64,000 nucleotides of DNA from Betaproteobacteria bacterium (GTDB lineage: Bacteria; Pseudomonadota; Gammaproteobacteria; Burkholderiales; SG8-41). Each line of letters starts with the position of its first letter. The stretch's first letter is position 1. The position numbers and the translations under genes were made by a program. The stretch lies in contig JAQGNH010000247.1 of NCBI GenBank assembly GCA_028291945.1, positions 392 through 64,391 of the forward strand, written 5' to 3'. The notes under the pieces were generated by a model. It was given only the letters and a program-made list of their open reading frames with translations. It was not told where the DNA came from and ran no database searches. Positions 8,253-17,905 of the stretch are shown piece after piece.

Positions 8253-9011
8253 ATGGCTGACACGCTTGCCGCGGGGAGCCTCACTTTCAACCCGCTCTAT
8301 AAGGAAGTCAAGATACGCCTCACGCGCGGGCTCGCCGGCGGCGAGTGGAAGCCCGGCGACGCGATTCCCAGCGAAACGCGGCTGGCAGAGCGGTTCAATG
8401 TGTCGATCGGCACGATACGCAAAGCGATAGACGAGCTCGTCGCTGAACGCATTCTTCTGCGCCAGCAGGGTCGCGGGACGTTCGTAGCGACTCACACTGA
8501 AGACCGCACGCTCTTCTACTTCTTTCATATCGTCGGCAAGGACGGAAGCAGAGAGCTGCCCGTCACCGAACTGCTCTCCTTTCGGAAGGCGCGTGCGAGC
8601 GCCGTTGAAGAAGAACGTCTGCGACTCGCTCGGGGCGCACCGACTTTTCGCATCCAGAACGTGCTGAAGCTCGGAGGCAAGCCCGTGGTCTTCGACGAAA
8701 TCACGTTGCCAGCAGAGCTTTTCCCAGATCTCGATGAGCTGGTGTTCGGCGGCCGGGAAGGCACGATCTACGGCCTCTACCAAGCTCGCTACGCCATCAG
8801 CGTGCTGCGCATCAGCGAGCGCTTGTCTGCTGCGCATCCGTCAGCGCGCGCTGCTTCGTTGCTCGAGCTCGCGCCCGACACGTGCGCACTCGTGATCAAC
8901 CGTGTCGCATATACCTATGACGACACGCCCGTCGAATATCGGCTGAGTTGGGTGAACACCGAGCGCCACGAGTATTTGAGCGATCTCTGGAAGAACGATG
9001 GACCGAAATGA
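8253..9011 (+). CDS. GntR-family transcriptional regulator (HutC/UTRA subfamily)
   Basis: wHTH …LPSETRLAERFNVSIGTIRKAIDELVAERILLRQQGRGTFV, followed by a UTRA-like C-terminal domain. ATG at 8253; the track ORF starts at 8211. Confidence 0.85.
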   Translation: MADTLAAGSLTFNPLYKEVKIRLTRGLAGGEWKPGDAIPSETRLAERFNVSIGTIRKAIDELVAERILLRQQGRGTFVATHTEDRTLFYFFHIVGKDGSRELPVTELLSFRKARASAVEEERLRLARGAPTFRIQNVLKLGGKPVVFDEITLPAELFPDLDELVFGGREGTIYGLYQARYAISVLRISERLSAAHPSARAASLLELAPDTCALVINRVAYTYDDTPVEYRLSWVNTERHEYLSDLWKNDGPK

Positions 9012-9147
9012 TCGTGTCGAATGCGTGATACTCAAAGACTACACATGCCGCCAGTAATGGCACGATCAGTTGTTCGCTCGAACATTCCGGCGCAACCTTT
9101 CAAGCTGCAGTGACCTTCCGGCCTGAGTCGAAGCGCTGAGCCGCGGC

Positions 9148-10848
9148 TCATAAGCGACGCAACCCGCGGCGTGCAGCCTCGACGAGAGCGGGATCTTTCG
9201 CGTTTTTTAGGAGCCACTCGAATTGAGCGCGCGCGTCGTTTTTGAGGCCGGCGCGCGTCAGATTGACGCCCGCAAGCAGGCGCCCCTGCGATGCTAGCGG
9301 ATCGGAGGCGCCGCTTTGCGCGAGCAGCGCTGACCTGAGGTAGGAGTCCGCAGCCGCTAGCGAATCGCCTTTGAGCTCCTGCGTACGAGCAAGGCCAAAG
9401 AGCGCTTCACGCGCGCGGTTTTCGGGCGCAGTCGGAATCAGAAGCGCAAAAACCGTTTGCGCAGCGTCGAGCGCACGCAGATCGAGCATTTCCTGCGCAA
9501 CGTCCAGTATGCTTTGTGCAAGCTCCGCCGATGTAGCTGTGCGACCGGCGAGCAGCCGCTCGATCGTGCTTGCGCTGGCTTCGGCTTTTCCAGCTTGAAG
9601 GGCCGTCCGGGCAAGCGTCAGTTCCCACTCTGCAGCGTTTACCGTCGCAGGCGCCGCGAGCCCGTCCCACAGCTTCAGCGCCAATGCCGACTCATTGCGT
9701 TTCGCCGCCATCGTGCCCAGCACGTAGCGCGTTTGCGCGTCGAGCGCTTCAGCTTCGAATCCCGGACGTTGCACAAGCCGCAACGCGGTGTAATCCAGTC
9801 CCGTTGTCGACAGCGAAGCCGCGAGTTGCAGCTGGGCGTTGTGGCGGGTATCTGCATTTTGCGCACGTTGTGCGAGGAAGCCATAGAACGCGCGCGACAG
9901 AAAGGGATCCGACCCCAGCCGTCGCGCCGCGTAATCCGCCCAGGCACCGTCGTCGCCCATCAGCAACTGCTCGCGATTGCCGATCTCGCTTGCGGTGTCG
10001 AGGTACCCCTGCCACAAACGCTGGGCGCCAGCCGAGACCGCCGCTTCGTTTCGTGCATCCGCGCTTTGCAACAGGCGTTCGAGCGCTTCGACGTGCAGTG
10101 AGCCATTGCCGCTTCGAACTGCTGCTTCGTCTATTGCCCGCCAATAAGCGGGATCCGGATTGCGTGCCAGTGCCGCGCGCGCCTGCTTGATTACCGCTTC
10201 GGGCGATAACACTCCACCGCGCAGATTCAGTCTCAGCCGGGTTGCAGTGACCTCGTCAGTTCGCCCAAGCCAATTCACCGCGTCCCGCTCCTGGGCGAGG
10301 TCGAGCAGCGCATCGGCAAAACGGTCAGCCACAGCGCGATCAAGCGGCTGATAGTCCTGCTGATAGCGCAGCATGCTGCGAAAAGCATCTTCACCGCGGC
10401 GCTCAGCGATAAAGCTTTCGATGGCGATGACGCGCACCGCCTTCACTTCGGCGGGCGTAGCGCTCGTTTGCCACAGGACACGGGCCGCATGCTTACGTGC
10501 GATTTGGGGGCTGTTCTGAACGATGGCCGCCCGGGCCGCTTCGATGAAGCAGGCAGTAAGCGGGGCGGCCGTTGCCGGTAGCGCCTCCACGCGCTGCAGC
10601 AAGTCAGCCGGCCGCTTCAAATGCGCCAGCACTTCGCAGCGCAAACCTTCCCATTCTGCCCACGCGGCGGTAGCCCCATCGGAGGGCTGCAGCGCTTCGA
10701 TGCGGGTCAGCGCCAATTCGGGCGCACCGGCATCCATCAGCCGCCGCGCGGCAGCAGTATCCTCGAGCGCTGCGGCTCGTGCGTCTGCTGCTAAAGTAAA
10801 AACGGCCGCGAATATTAGAAGAAACACTACGTGACTCAATCTCGTCAT
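9148..10848 (-). CDS. Hypothetical secreted Ala/Leu-rich helical-repeat (TPR-like) protein
   Basis: MTRLSHVVFLLIFAAVFTLAADARAAA looks like a signal peptide. The ~565-aa ORF has an Ala/Leu/Arg-rich helical composition. I recognise no catalytic motif. Confidence 0.55.
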   Translation of the reverse strand: MTRLSHVVFLLIFAAVFTLAADARAAALEDTAAARRLMDAGAPELALTRIEALQPSDGATAAWAEWEGLRCEVLAHLKRPADLLQRVEALPATAAPLTACFIEAARAAIVQNSPQIARKHAARVLWQTSATPAEVKAVRVIAIESFIAERRGEDAFRSMLRYQQDYQPLDRAVADRFADALLDLAQERDAVNWLGRTDEVTATRLRLNLRGGVLSPEAVIKQARAALARNPDPAYWRAIDEAAVRSGNGSLHVEALERLLQSADARNEAAVSAGAQRLWQGYLDTASEIGNREQLLMGDDGAWADYAARRLGSDPFLSRAFYGFLAQRAQNADTRHNAQLQLAASLSTTGLDYTALRLVQRPGFEAEALDAQTRYVLGTMAAKRNESALALKLWDGLAAPATVNAAEWELTLARTALQAGKAEASASTIERLLAGRTATSAELAQSILDVAQEMLDLRALDAAQTVFALLIPTAPENRAREALFGLARTQELKGDSLAAADSYLRSALLAQSGASDPLASQGRLLAGVNLTRAGLKNDARAQFEWLLKNAKDPALVEAARRGLRRL

Positions 10849-10957
10849 GTTTTGCCGACTCCTTTGAGTTTTCACTTGCTGCACCACATCCCAGCTACGC
10901 GTTTACTTTGTGACGGCGTCACCGCATCAACTTCAACATTTCATCGCTCATCGTGTC

Positions 10958-10988
10958 AAAAAAAAAGCGGCGCTCGGCCGCTTTTTTT
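10958..10988. terminator. Bidirectional rho-independent terminator downstream of rplS
   Basis: A9-GCGGC-gctcg-GCCGC-T7. The stem is flanked by an A-run and a T-run. Confidence 0.7.
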
Positions 10989-11007
10989 GCGCTGTGCGGG
11001 GCGGTCC

Positions 11008-11397
11008 CTACTGCGGAGCGACCTCAGGCGAAGTGTCCACATGCACTTCGAGCTTTTCCTTGATGCGTGCCGCCTTGCCGGAGCGCTGGCGCAGGTAATA
11101 CAGCTTCGCACGCCCGACGTCGCCGCGGCGCTTCACCTCGACACTGGCGATCAGGGGAGAATACGTCTGGAAGGTACGCTCCACGCCTTCGCCCGACGAG
11201 ATCTTGCGCACGATGAACGAGGAGTTCAGGCCACGGTTGCGCTTGGCGATCACGACGCCTTCGTACGCCTGTACGCGTTTGCGATCGCCTTCGACAACGT
11301 TTACGTTAACCACGACGGTATCACCGGGCGCAAAGTCGGGGATGGTCTTTCCGAGGCGCTGTATTTCTTCCTGCTCGAGCTGTTTGATGATGTCCAT
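11008..11397 (-). CDS. rplS: 50S ribosomal protein L19
   Basis: [11 protein letters not shown]…[46 protein letters not shown]. Confidence 0.97.
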   Translation of the reverse strand: MDIIKQLEQEEIQRLGKTIPDFAPGDTVVVNVNVVEGDRKRVQAYEGVVIAKRNRGLNSSFIVRKISSGEGVERTFQTYSPLIASVEVKRRGDVGRAKLYYLRQRSGKAARIKEKLEVHVDTSPEVAPQ

Positions 11398-11402
11398 TTT
11401 CG

Positions 11403-12155
11403 TTACTCCGCTTCCCTCTTGAATTCTTCGAGCAGCGAGCTTTCAGCTGCGCTGAGATTACGTTTCGCCAGCAAGTCGGGGCGACGGCACCAGGTCCGTC
11501 CGAGCGACTGCTTCAAGCGCCACCTTGCCACGTCCGCGTGATTGCCGGAAAGCAACACCGACGGTACCGCTGCGCCGTCATACAACTCGGGGCGCGTGTA
11601 GTGCGGATGATCCAGCAGCCCATTCGCAAACGAATCCTGAACCGCCGATTCGGCATCACCGAGCGCACCGGGCAGCTGGCGCACCACGCAGTCGATCACG
11701 ACCATCGCCGCCAGCTCACCACCAGATAACACGTAGTCGCCGATCGAAACTTCGTCATCGACGACGCGACCGACGAGGCGCTCATCAATGCCTTCGTAGC
11801 GCCCGGCCAGCATGACCAACCCCTGTTCCCCCGCAAGCTCTCTCACGAGCTGGTTGTCGAGCAGGCGGCCCTGCGGCGTCAAATGCAGCACGCGTGGCTT
11901 GCTTACGCCGCTGCTCTTCTGTCGCTGACGCGCTGCACCGAGCGCCTTCTCCAGCGGCTCCGGCATCATCACCATGCCAGGTCCACCGCCGTAGGGACGA
12001 TCATCGATCGTCCGGTAACTGTTCGTCGCGAAATCGCGCGGATTCCACAACACCAACTCGTACAACCTGCGCTCTCTCGCCCGGCCGGTTACACCCGATC
12101 CGGTAACCGCATCGAACATCGCGGGGAACAGCGTCACGACGTCGAACTGCAACAT
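11403..12155 (-). CDS. trmD: tRNA (guanine37-N1)-methyltransferase
   Basis: [18 protein letters not shown]…[14 protein letters not shown]…[16 protein letters not shown]. Confidence 0.95.
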   Translation of the reverse strand: MLQFDVVTLFPAMFDAVTGSGVTGRARERRLYELVLWNPRDFATNSYRTIDDRPYGGGPGMVMMPEPLEKALGAARQRQKSSGVSKPRVLHLTPQGRLLDNQLVRELAGEQGLVMLAGRYEGIDERLVGRVVDDEVSIGDYVLSGGELAAMVVIDCVVRQLPGALGDAESAVQDSFANGLLDHPHYTRPELYDGAAVPSVLLSGNHADVARWRLKQSLGRTWCRRPDLLAKRNLSAAESSLLEEFKREAE

Positions 12156-12712
12156 CAGTAATCACTGCCCCAGTCCACCCGGATCACACGACCAGCCACG
12201 TCGACCCGCTTTACGACCTGCTCGGTGAACGGAATCAGACGCTCGCGATCACCTTCAACGACCAACACATCGTTCGCGCCGGTTTCGACGACCTGGGACA
12301 CCACACCAAGGTCTTCGCCATCCATATTTACCACGTTAAGACCGATCAGATCGGCCCAGTAAAATTCATTTTCCGCGGGAGCGGGAAGCGCTTCGCGCGG
12401 CACTGCAACTTCACGTCCCCGAAACAAGGCTGCCGCATCGCGCTCTTCGCACCCGGCGAGCTTCGCGACCACCGAGCCGCTCTGCTCCTTGGCGAGCTCA
12501 ATACAATGTTCCTGCCAACCTACTGCATTTCCAACCCACCACCGCGGATACGCAAGCAGATTTCCGGGCTCGCCCGTAAAGGGCTGAATCTTTATCCAGC
12601 CGCGAATGCCAAACGCGCCGGTGATCCGCCCCATCACCACCAGATCTGCTGGTGGATTCGTGCTCTTACTGTCAGGCGGCTTGCTGCTTACCAAGCTCTT
12701 GCTGCTTACCAA
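12155..12712 (-). CDS. rimM: Ribosome maturation factor RimM
   Basis: …[19 protein letters not shown]…, PRC-barrel C-terminus. Start uncertain: TTG at 12712 or 12694 (both inside the rpsP repeat), or ATG at 12634. Confidence 0.88.
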   Translation of the reverse strand: MVSSKSLVSSKPPDSKSTNPPADLVVMGRITGAFGIRGWIKIQPFTGEPGNLLAYPRWWVGNAVGWQEHCIELAKEQSGSVVAKLAGCEERDAAALFRGREVAVPREALPAPAENEFYWADLIGLNVVNMDGEDLGVVSQVVETGANDVLVVEGDRERLIPFTEQVVKRVDVAGRVIRVDWGSDY

Positions 12713-12944
12713 GCTGTTTCACAAGACGAGCCGCGGTAGCGGAAAGTATTGCACCCTGACCCTGCCAGTGCGCGAGACGCTCGCGATTGATGCGCAACGA
12801 TTCGTTACCCGCAGGCGCTTTGGGATTATAAAAACCGAGGCGCTCGATGAAACGCCCGTCTCGCGCGCGGCGCGAATCCGCTACAACGAGATTGAAGAAT
12901 GGCCGCTTCTTGGCGCCACCGCGAGCTAGGCGAATTACAACCAT
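12672..12944 (-). CDS. rpsP: 30S ribosomal protein S16
   Basis: [41 protein letters not shown]. Confidence 0.96.
   Translation of the reverse strand: MVVIRLARGGAKKRPFFNLVVADSRRARDGRFIERLGFYNPKAPAGNESLRINRERLAHWQGQGAILSATAARLVKQLGKQQELGKQQAA
12680..12715. repeat. Perfect 18-bp tandem duplication (x2) in the rpsP 3' end and rimM 5' overlap
   Basis: cttgctgcttaccaagct occurs at 12680-12697 and again at 12698-12715. It encodes [12 protein letters not shown] in rpsP. Confidence 0.9.
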
Positions 12945-13124
12945 GGGGGATCTGCCGTTTGGAAATCGAAAGGCCGTGATTTTACGATGATTTTCGCCTG
13001 CCGCGCAATCTAAAAAGGGGGCGGGGTGAAGTTCAAACGGCTGGAACAGGGTCGCATTTCAACCCGGGTGCCCAGGCGCGAGGCCCGGGGGGCACAATCC
13101 GAGGTTTTCAGGAGTTGAGTTCGC

Positions 13125-13979
13125 ATGACTACGAGCGACGCAGACGTACCAGCAGAACGTGTCCGAGCCGCGGTTTCCGAACGGTTCGGCACGCAGTTAG
13201 CCTTTCCTGCCGAAACCCATGGACTCGAGAAGCTCGTCGAGATCGTCGAGCATCGTTCCCACCGCAGCTATACCAATGCGCCCATCGCTCCCGAACTGCT
13301 TCGTCTGCTGTTCGCATGTGCGTTGTCGGCGCCCTCGAAATCGGATCTCCAGCAAGCCGACATCGTGCACGTCGCCGACCGCGACAAAGTTGAGGCGATC
13401 ACGAAACTGATCCCGGATATGCCTTGGATAAGCAAGGCGCCGGTCCTGCTCATCTTCTGCGGAAATAACCGTCGCATCCGCCAGATTGGTGAATGGCGCG
13501 GAAAGCCTTTCGCGAATGACCACCTCGACCACTTCATGAACTCAGCGGTGGACGCCGGCATCGTGATGACGACGTTCATACGTGCGGCTGAAGCCGTGGG
13601 GCTCGGCGCGTGTCCGATCAGCGCCATACGCAACTGCCCTCATGAAGTGAGCCGTCTTCTGGAGCTGCCCGACTGGGTATTTCCTGTAGCCGCTTTGACT
13701 GTGGGCTTTCCGGATCACTCCGGGCATATTACGCTGCGGCTCCCGCTCGACGTCACGGTACACGAGAACCGCTACGACGAATCACGCGCCAAGGAAAACA
13801 TCGAGCGCTATGACCGCCGACGTCACGAAACACAACCCTATCGCAAGCAGCGCCATGTAAAGCGTTACGGCCAATCGGAGTTCTACGGTTGGTCCGAAGA
13901 CAAAGCGCGGCAGTATTCGGTACCGGAGCGCGCGGACTTTGGTGCGTTCATACAGGCGAAGGGGTTCAGGTTGGATTGA
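13125..13979 (+). CDS. Nitroreductase-family NAD(P)H oxidoreductase (NfsA-like)
   Basis: …HRSHRSYTNAPI…LSAPSKSDLQQADIVHV… and the later …GLGACPISAIRN. Confidence 0.8.
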   Translation: MTTSDADVPAERVRAAVSERFGTQLAFPAETHGLEKLVEIVEHRSHRSYTNAPIAPELLRLLFACALSAPSKSDLQQADIVHVADRDKVEAITKLIPDMPWISKAPVLLIFCGNNRRIRQIGEWRGKPFANDHLDHFMNSAVDAGIVMTTFIRAAEAVGLGACPISAIRNCPHEVSRLLELPDWVFPVAALTVGFPDHSGHITLRLPLDVTVHENRYDESRAKENIERYDRRRHETQPYRKQRHVKRYGQSEFYGWSEDKARQYSVPERADFGAFIQAKGFRLD

Positions 13980-14119
13980 ATCAGTCAGCCGTGCTCATGC
14001 CGTGAGCGATGGGAAGCCCGGTGCATGCGTGGTGCGTGGAGTCCCACAGAAGCTTGAAATAACGCGACCGCTTTTTGCGCTGACACGGCTGAGCGGTGCC
14101 GACTGAGGCTGATGTATCT

Positions 14120-15472
14120 TCAGCGCATCCCCGGAAACATGCCTTTCATGGACCGCATCATCTTCTGCAGGCCGCCTTTGGCAACCATTTTCATCATCTT
14201 CTGTGTCTGCTCGAACTGATTGAGCAGGCGATTGACTTCCTGCACGGACACGCCCGCGCCCGTCGCAATTCGCCGTTTGCGCGAGGCCTTGATCAGCTCC
14301 GGCTTCGCGCGCTCTTTGCGCGTCATCGAATTGATGATGCCTTCGATGCGGCGTATCGACTTATCGTCGACCTGTTGCGCGCCTTGTGCCATTTGTGCAA
14401 GATTTCCCGGCAGCTTGTCCATGAGCGCAGACACTCCGCCCATTTTTTTCATCTGCACGATCTGCTGCTTGAAATCCTCCAGATCGAAGCCTTTGCCCGT
14501 TTTGACTTTGTGCGCGAGCTTTTCCGCTTCCTTGCGATCGACGTTTTTTTGCACATCCTCGATCAGCGTCAGCACATCCCCCATCCCGAGGATGCGTGAG
14601 GCCATGCGGTCGGGGTGAAACGCTTCGAGACCGCTCAACTTCTCTCCAACGCCAGCGAACTTAATCGGTTTGCCGGTGACGTGGCGGACCGAGAGCGCCG
14701 CACCGCCTCGTGCATCTCCATCAAGCTTCGTCAGCACTACGCCGGTGAGCGGCAGTGCCTCAGAGAAAGCGCGTGCGACGTTTACCGCATCCTGACCCTG
14801 CATCGCGTCGACCACGAAGAGCGTTTCAATCGGCTTCAACGCGTCGTGCAGATCGCGGATTTCCCGCATCATCACTTCATCGATTGCGAGGCGGCCCGCA
14901 GTATCGACAATGAGCACGTCGTTGTAGTGACGACGCGCGTGATCGAGCGCGCGCGTGGCGATGTCCACAGGCTTTTCCCCCGCCGACGAAGGAAAGAAAT
15001 CGACCTGCACCTGGGCTGCGAGCGTCTCCAATTGCTTGATGGCAGCCGGACGATAGACGTCGGCACTGACCAGCAGCACCTTTTTCTTATGTTGCTCCTT
15101 GAGCCATTTGGCAAGCTTGCCGCTGGTAGTGGTTTTTCCGCTGCCTTGCAGTCCCGCCATGAGGACGACGGCCGGGGGGGTGGTCGCGAGATTCAGCGCA
15201 TCGTTGTGCTCACCCATCAGCGCAGCGAGCTCACGATGCACGACGCCGACAACTGCCTGACCCGGCGTGAGGCTGCCTATTACGTCGGCTCCCAGCGCTT
15301 TCTCGCGTACGGCTGCGATAAAGTCGCGCACGACCGGAAGAGCGACGTCGGCTTCGAGCAACGCCATGCGCACTTCGCGCAGCGCATCTTTGATATTGTC
15401 TTCGGTGATTCGGGCTTCGCCGCGCAGCGTTTTTAGCACGTGCGTGAGGCGGGTCGTGAGACTGTCGAACAT
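14120..15472 (-). CDS. ffh: Signal recognition particle protein Ffh
   Basis: True start MFDSLTTRLTHVLKTLRG at 15472. GTPase motifs GLQGSGKTTT, DTAGR, TKLDGD. M-domain near the C-terminus. The track ORF carries an 80-aa spurious extension. Confidence 0.97.
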   Translation of the reverse strand: MFDSLTTRLTHVLKTLRGEARITEDNIKDALREVRMALLEADVALPVVRDFIAAVREKALGADVIGSLTPGQAVVGVVHRELAALMGEHNDALNLATTPPAVVLMAGLQGSGKTTTSGKLAKWLKEQHKKKVLLVSADVYRPAAIKQLETLAAQVQVDFFPSSAGEKPVDIATRALDHARRHYNDVLIVDTAGRLAIDEVMMREIRDLHDALKPIETLFVVDAMQGQDAVNVARAFSEALPLTGVVLTKLDGDARGGAALSVRHVTGKPIKFAGVGEKLSGLEAFHPDRMASRILGMGDVLTLIEDVQKNVDRKEAEKLAHKVKTGKGFDLEDFKQQIVQMKKMGGVSALMDKLPGNLAQMAQGAQQVDDKSIRRIEGIINSMTRKERAKPELIKASRKRRIATGAGVSVQEVNRLLNQFEQTQKMMKMVAKGGLQKMMRSMKGMFPGMR

Positions 15473-15495
15473 GGGGGAATGGTATGCTTTGAAGG

Positions 15496-16320
15496 ATGGA
15501 AATTGTAGCGTATCTGGTGAACGCGCTCCTGTATGCCGCGCTCGCGGTCTACTTCTGGCGGACACGCTGGATCGCCGCCTCACCGAATACAATTCAGACC
15601 GCGATCTCACCTGCGGCCGAGCACTATGCCGTCCTTGTGCCGCTTGCACTGCACGCGCTGTTGCTCGGGCGCTCGCTTTTTGCGCCGGACGGCTTGCATC
15701 TCGGCCTTGCAAACGCGCTGTCAGCTATTCTGTGGCTCACCGTGCTCATTTACTGGGTGGGTAACTTCTTTCACCGGCTCGACGGACTGCAGGCGCTCGT
15801 CCTGCCGCTTGCAGCAGCGGCCGTACTCCTGCCGGCTGTCATGCCGTCCCCACGTGCACTGCCGAACACTGACCTGACGGCCTTCAAAGTACACCTGCTC
15901 ATTGCGCTGCTGGCATACAGCCTGTTCACCATTGCTTCGTTGCACGTGCTCCTGATGGCGCTGCTCGAAAGGCGCTTGCACGACGGGGCGCTCACGAAAA
16001 TTCTGCAGAAGCTTCCGCCGCTCCTTACGATGGAAGCACTGCTGTTCCGAATCATCTGGGCCGGTTTCATACTGCTTACGTTGACGCTCGGCAGCGGTGT
16101 GATTTTTTCGGAGGAGCTATTCGGGAAAGCCGCCGCGTTCAGTCACAAAACCGTATTTGGCGTCACTTCGTGGTTCATATTTGCGGCGCTGCTGATGGGA
16201 CGACACGTTTACGGCTGGCGGGGACGCATTGCAGTGCGTTGGACCCTCGCCGGTTTCCTGACGCTCGTATTGGCCTACATCGGGACGCGGTTCGTCGTGG
16301 AAGTGATACTCGGGCGGTAG
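15496..16320 (+). CDS. Cytochrome c assembly (CcsA-like) family inner membrane protein, YpjD-like
   Basis: Polytopic membrane ORF divergent from ffh, as ypjD is in E. coli. Confidence 0.75.
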   Translation: MEIVAYLVNALLYAALAVYFWRTRWIAASPNTIQTAISPAAEHYAVLVPLALHALLLGRSLFAPDGLHLGLANALSAILWLTVLIYWVGNFFHRLDGLQALVLPLAAAAVLLPAVMPSPRALPNTDLTAFKVHLLIALLAYSLFTIASLHVLLMALLERRLHDGALTKILQKLPPLLTMEALLFRIIWAGFILLTLTLGSGVIFSEELFGKAAAFSHKTVFGVTSWFIFAALLMGRHVYGWRGRIAVRWTLAGFLTLVLAYIGTRFVVEVILGR

Positions 16321-16626
16321 GCAGCACTCGGCTCATTTCGTGCGCTACATCTCTCCTGCTTACGCCCCGGCCGGTGATTTTGGCCGTTTGCGAAACGAGC
16401 ACGTGCGTTCGACCTGTCGCTGAATCTCGCGACCAAAGCCCGAATCGTGGTGGCCTAGCAGTCGCAACACACGCAGTGCGCATTTTTCCCGGTTCTCCCA
16501 CCCCCACGCATGCATGCTGATGCGTACTTAGCCAAACCTTAACTTTACAAAGGCTTCTCTCACGTGCATGATTCGTTTAAGTTCATGAGCTAAGCTCTTG
16601 GTTAGTAAGACTTAAGGGGGATTTCA

Positions 16627-17856
16627 ATGGCGACCGCGGTGGCTGCAGCCGGCAAGACCGGCGTAAAGGAGTTCAATTTCAACTGGGTCGGCCAGGACCG
16701 GGCCGGTAAAACCGTGCGCGGCGAAGTGCGTGCCGCCGGCCAAGCTCAGGTGAACGCGATGTTGCGCCGCCAAGGCATCAAAGTCGTAGAGATCAAAAAA
16801 CAAAAAAGGCTCCGCGGTGGCAGAGTCACCGAAAAAGACGTCACGCTGTTCACGCGGCAACTCGCCACGATGCTCAAGTCAGGGGTGCCCCTCCTGCAGG
16901 CATTCGACATCGTAGCAAAGGGTCACGGCAATCCGGCGATGGCTAAGCTGATTTACGCGGTGCGCACGGACGTTGAGACAGGTTCGAGCCTCAAGCAGTC
17001 GTTTGAAAAACATCCACTCTATTTCGAAGCGCTCTTTACGAATTTGATCGGCGCAGGCGAGGCGGCCGGGATACTCGATACCGTGCTGGACCGTCTCGCT
17101 CAGTACAAAGAAAAGATTCTCGCGATCAAGAGCAAGATCAAGGCGGCGTTGTTCTACCCAATCGCAATTCTCGTGGTGGCGTTCGCGATCACGGCGGTCA
17201 TCATGATTTTCGTAATACCGGCTTTCAAACAGGTATTCGCAAACTTCGGGGGCGAGTTGCCCGCGCTCACGCTCGTCGTGATTGCTGTTTCCGATTTCTT
17301 CGTCGAATATTGGTGGGCTATTTTTGGCATTACCGGCGGCAGCGTTTACGCGTTCTTCTATTTCTGGAAGCGGTCGAAGCCGATGCAGATCGTGATGGAC
17401 CGAGTGATGTTGCGAGTGCCGATATTCGGCGACCTGCTCCGGAAATCCGCGATCGCGCGGTGGACGCGCACGCTTTCAACGACCTTTGCTGCGGGTGTTC
17501 CGCTCGTCGAGGCGCTCGATTCCGTTGCGGGTGCCGCTGGCAATTACGTGTACTTCATTGCAACCAAGAAAATCCAGAGTGAAGTGGCCACCGGCGCGAG
17601 CCTCAACTCGTCGATGCAAGGGACCGACGTTTTTCCGAACATGGTCATTCAGATGGTCTCCATCGGCGAAGAGTCCGGTTCGCTCGACACAATGCTCTCT
17701 AAAGTAGCCGACTATTTCGAGCAGGAAGTCGACGACGCAGTGGAGGCACTCTCGAGCCTTATGGAACCGATGATCATGGTTGTGCTCGGCACGCTTATCG
17801 GCGGTCTTGTGATAGCCATGTACCTGCCCATCTTCAAGCTCGGTGGCGTCGTCTGA
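16627..17856 (+). CDS. pilC: Type IV pilus assembly platform protein PilC (GspF family)
   Basis: Two GspF repeats (…FTRQLATMLKSGVPLLQAFDI… and …WTRTLSTTFAAGVPLVEALD…). C-terminus …PIFKLGGVV. Confidence 0.93.
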   Translation: MATAVAAAGKTGVKEFNFNWVGQDRAGKTVRGEVRAAGQAQVNAMLRRQGIKVVEIKKQKRLRGGRVTEKDVTLFTRQLATMLKSGVPLLQAFDIVAKGHGNPAMAKLIYAVRTDVETGSSLKQSFEKHPLYFEALFTNLIGAGEAAGILDTVLDRLAQYKEKILAIKSKIKAALFYPIAILVVAFAITAVIMIFVIPAFKQVFANFGGELPALTLVVIAVSDFFVEYWWAIFGITGGSVYAFFYFWKRSKPMQIVMDRVMLRVPIFGDLLRKSAIARWTRTLSTTFAAGVPLVEALDSVAGAAGNYVYFIATKKIQSEVATGASLNSSMQGTDVFPNMVIQMVSIGEESGSLDTMLSKVADYFEQEVDDAVEALSSLMEPMIMVVLGTLIGGLVIAMYLPIFKLGGVV

Positions 17857-17905
17857 TGCAAAGGCACGAAAGAGGGCCGCACTTCCAAGCGCGGCCTGAA
17901 GTCTG

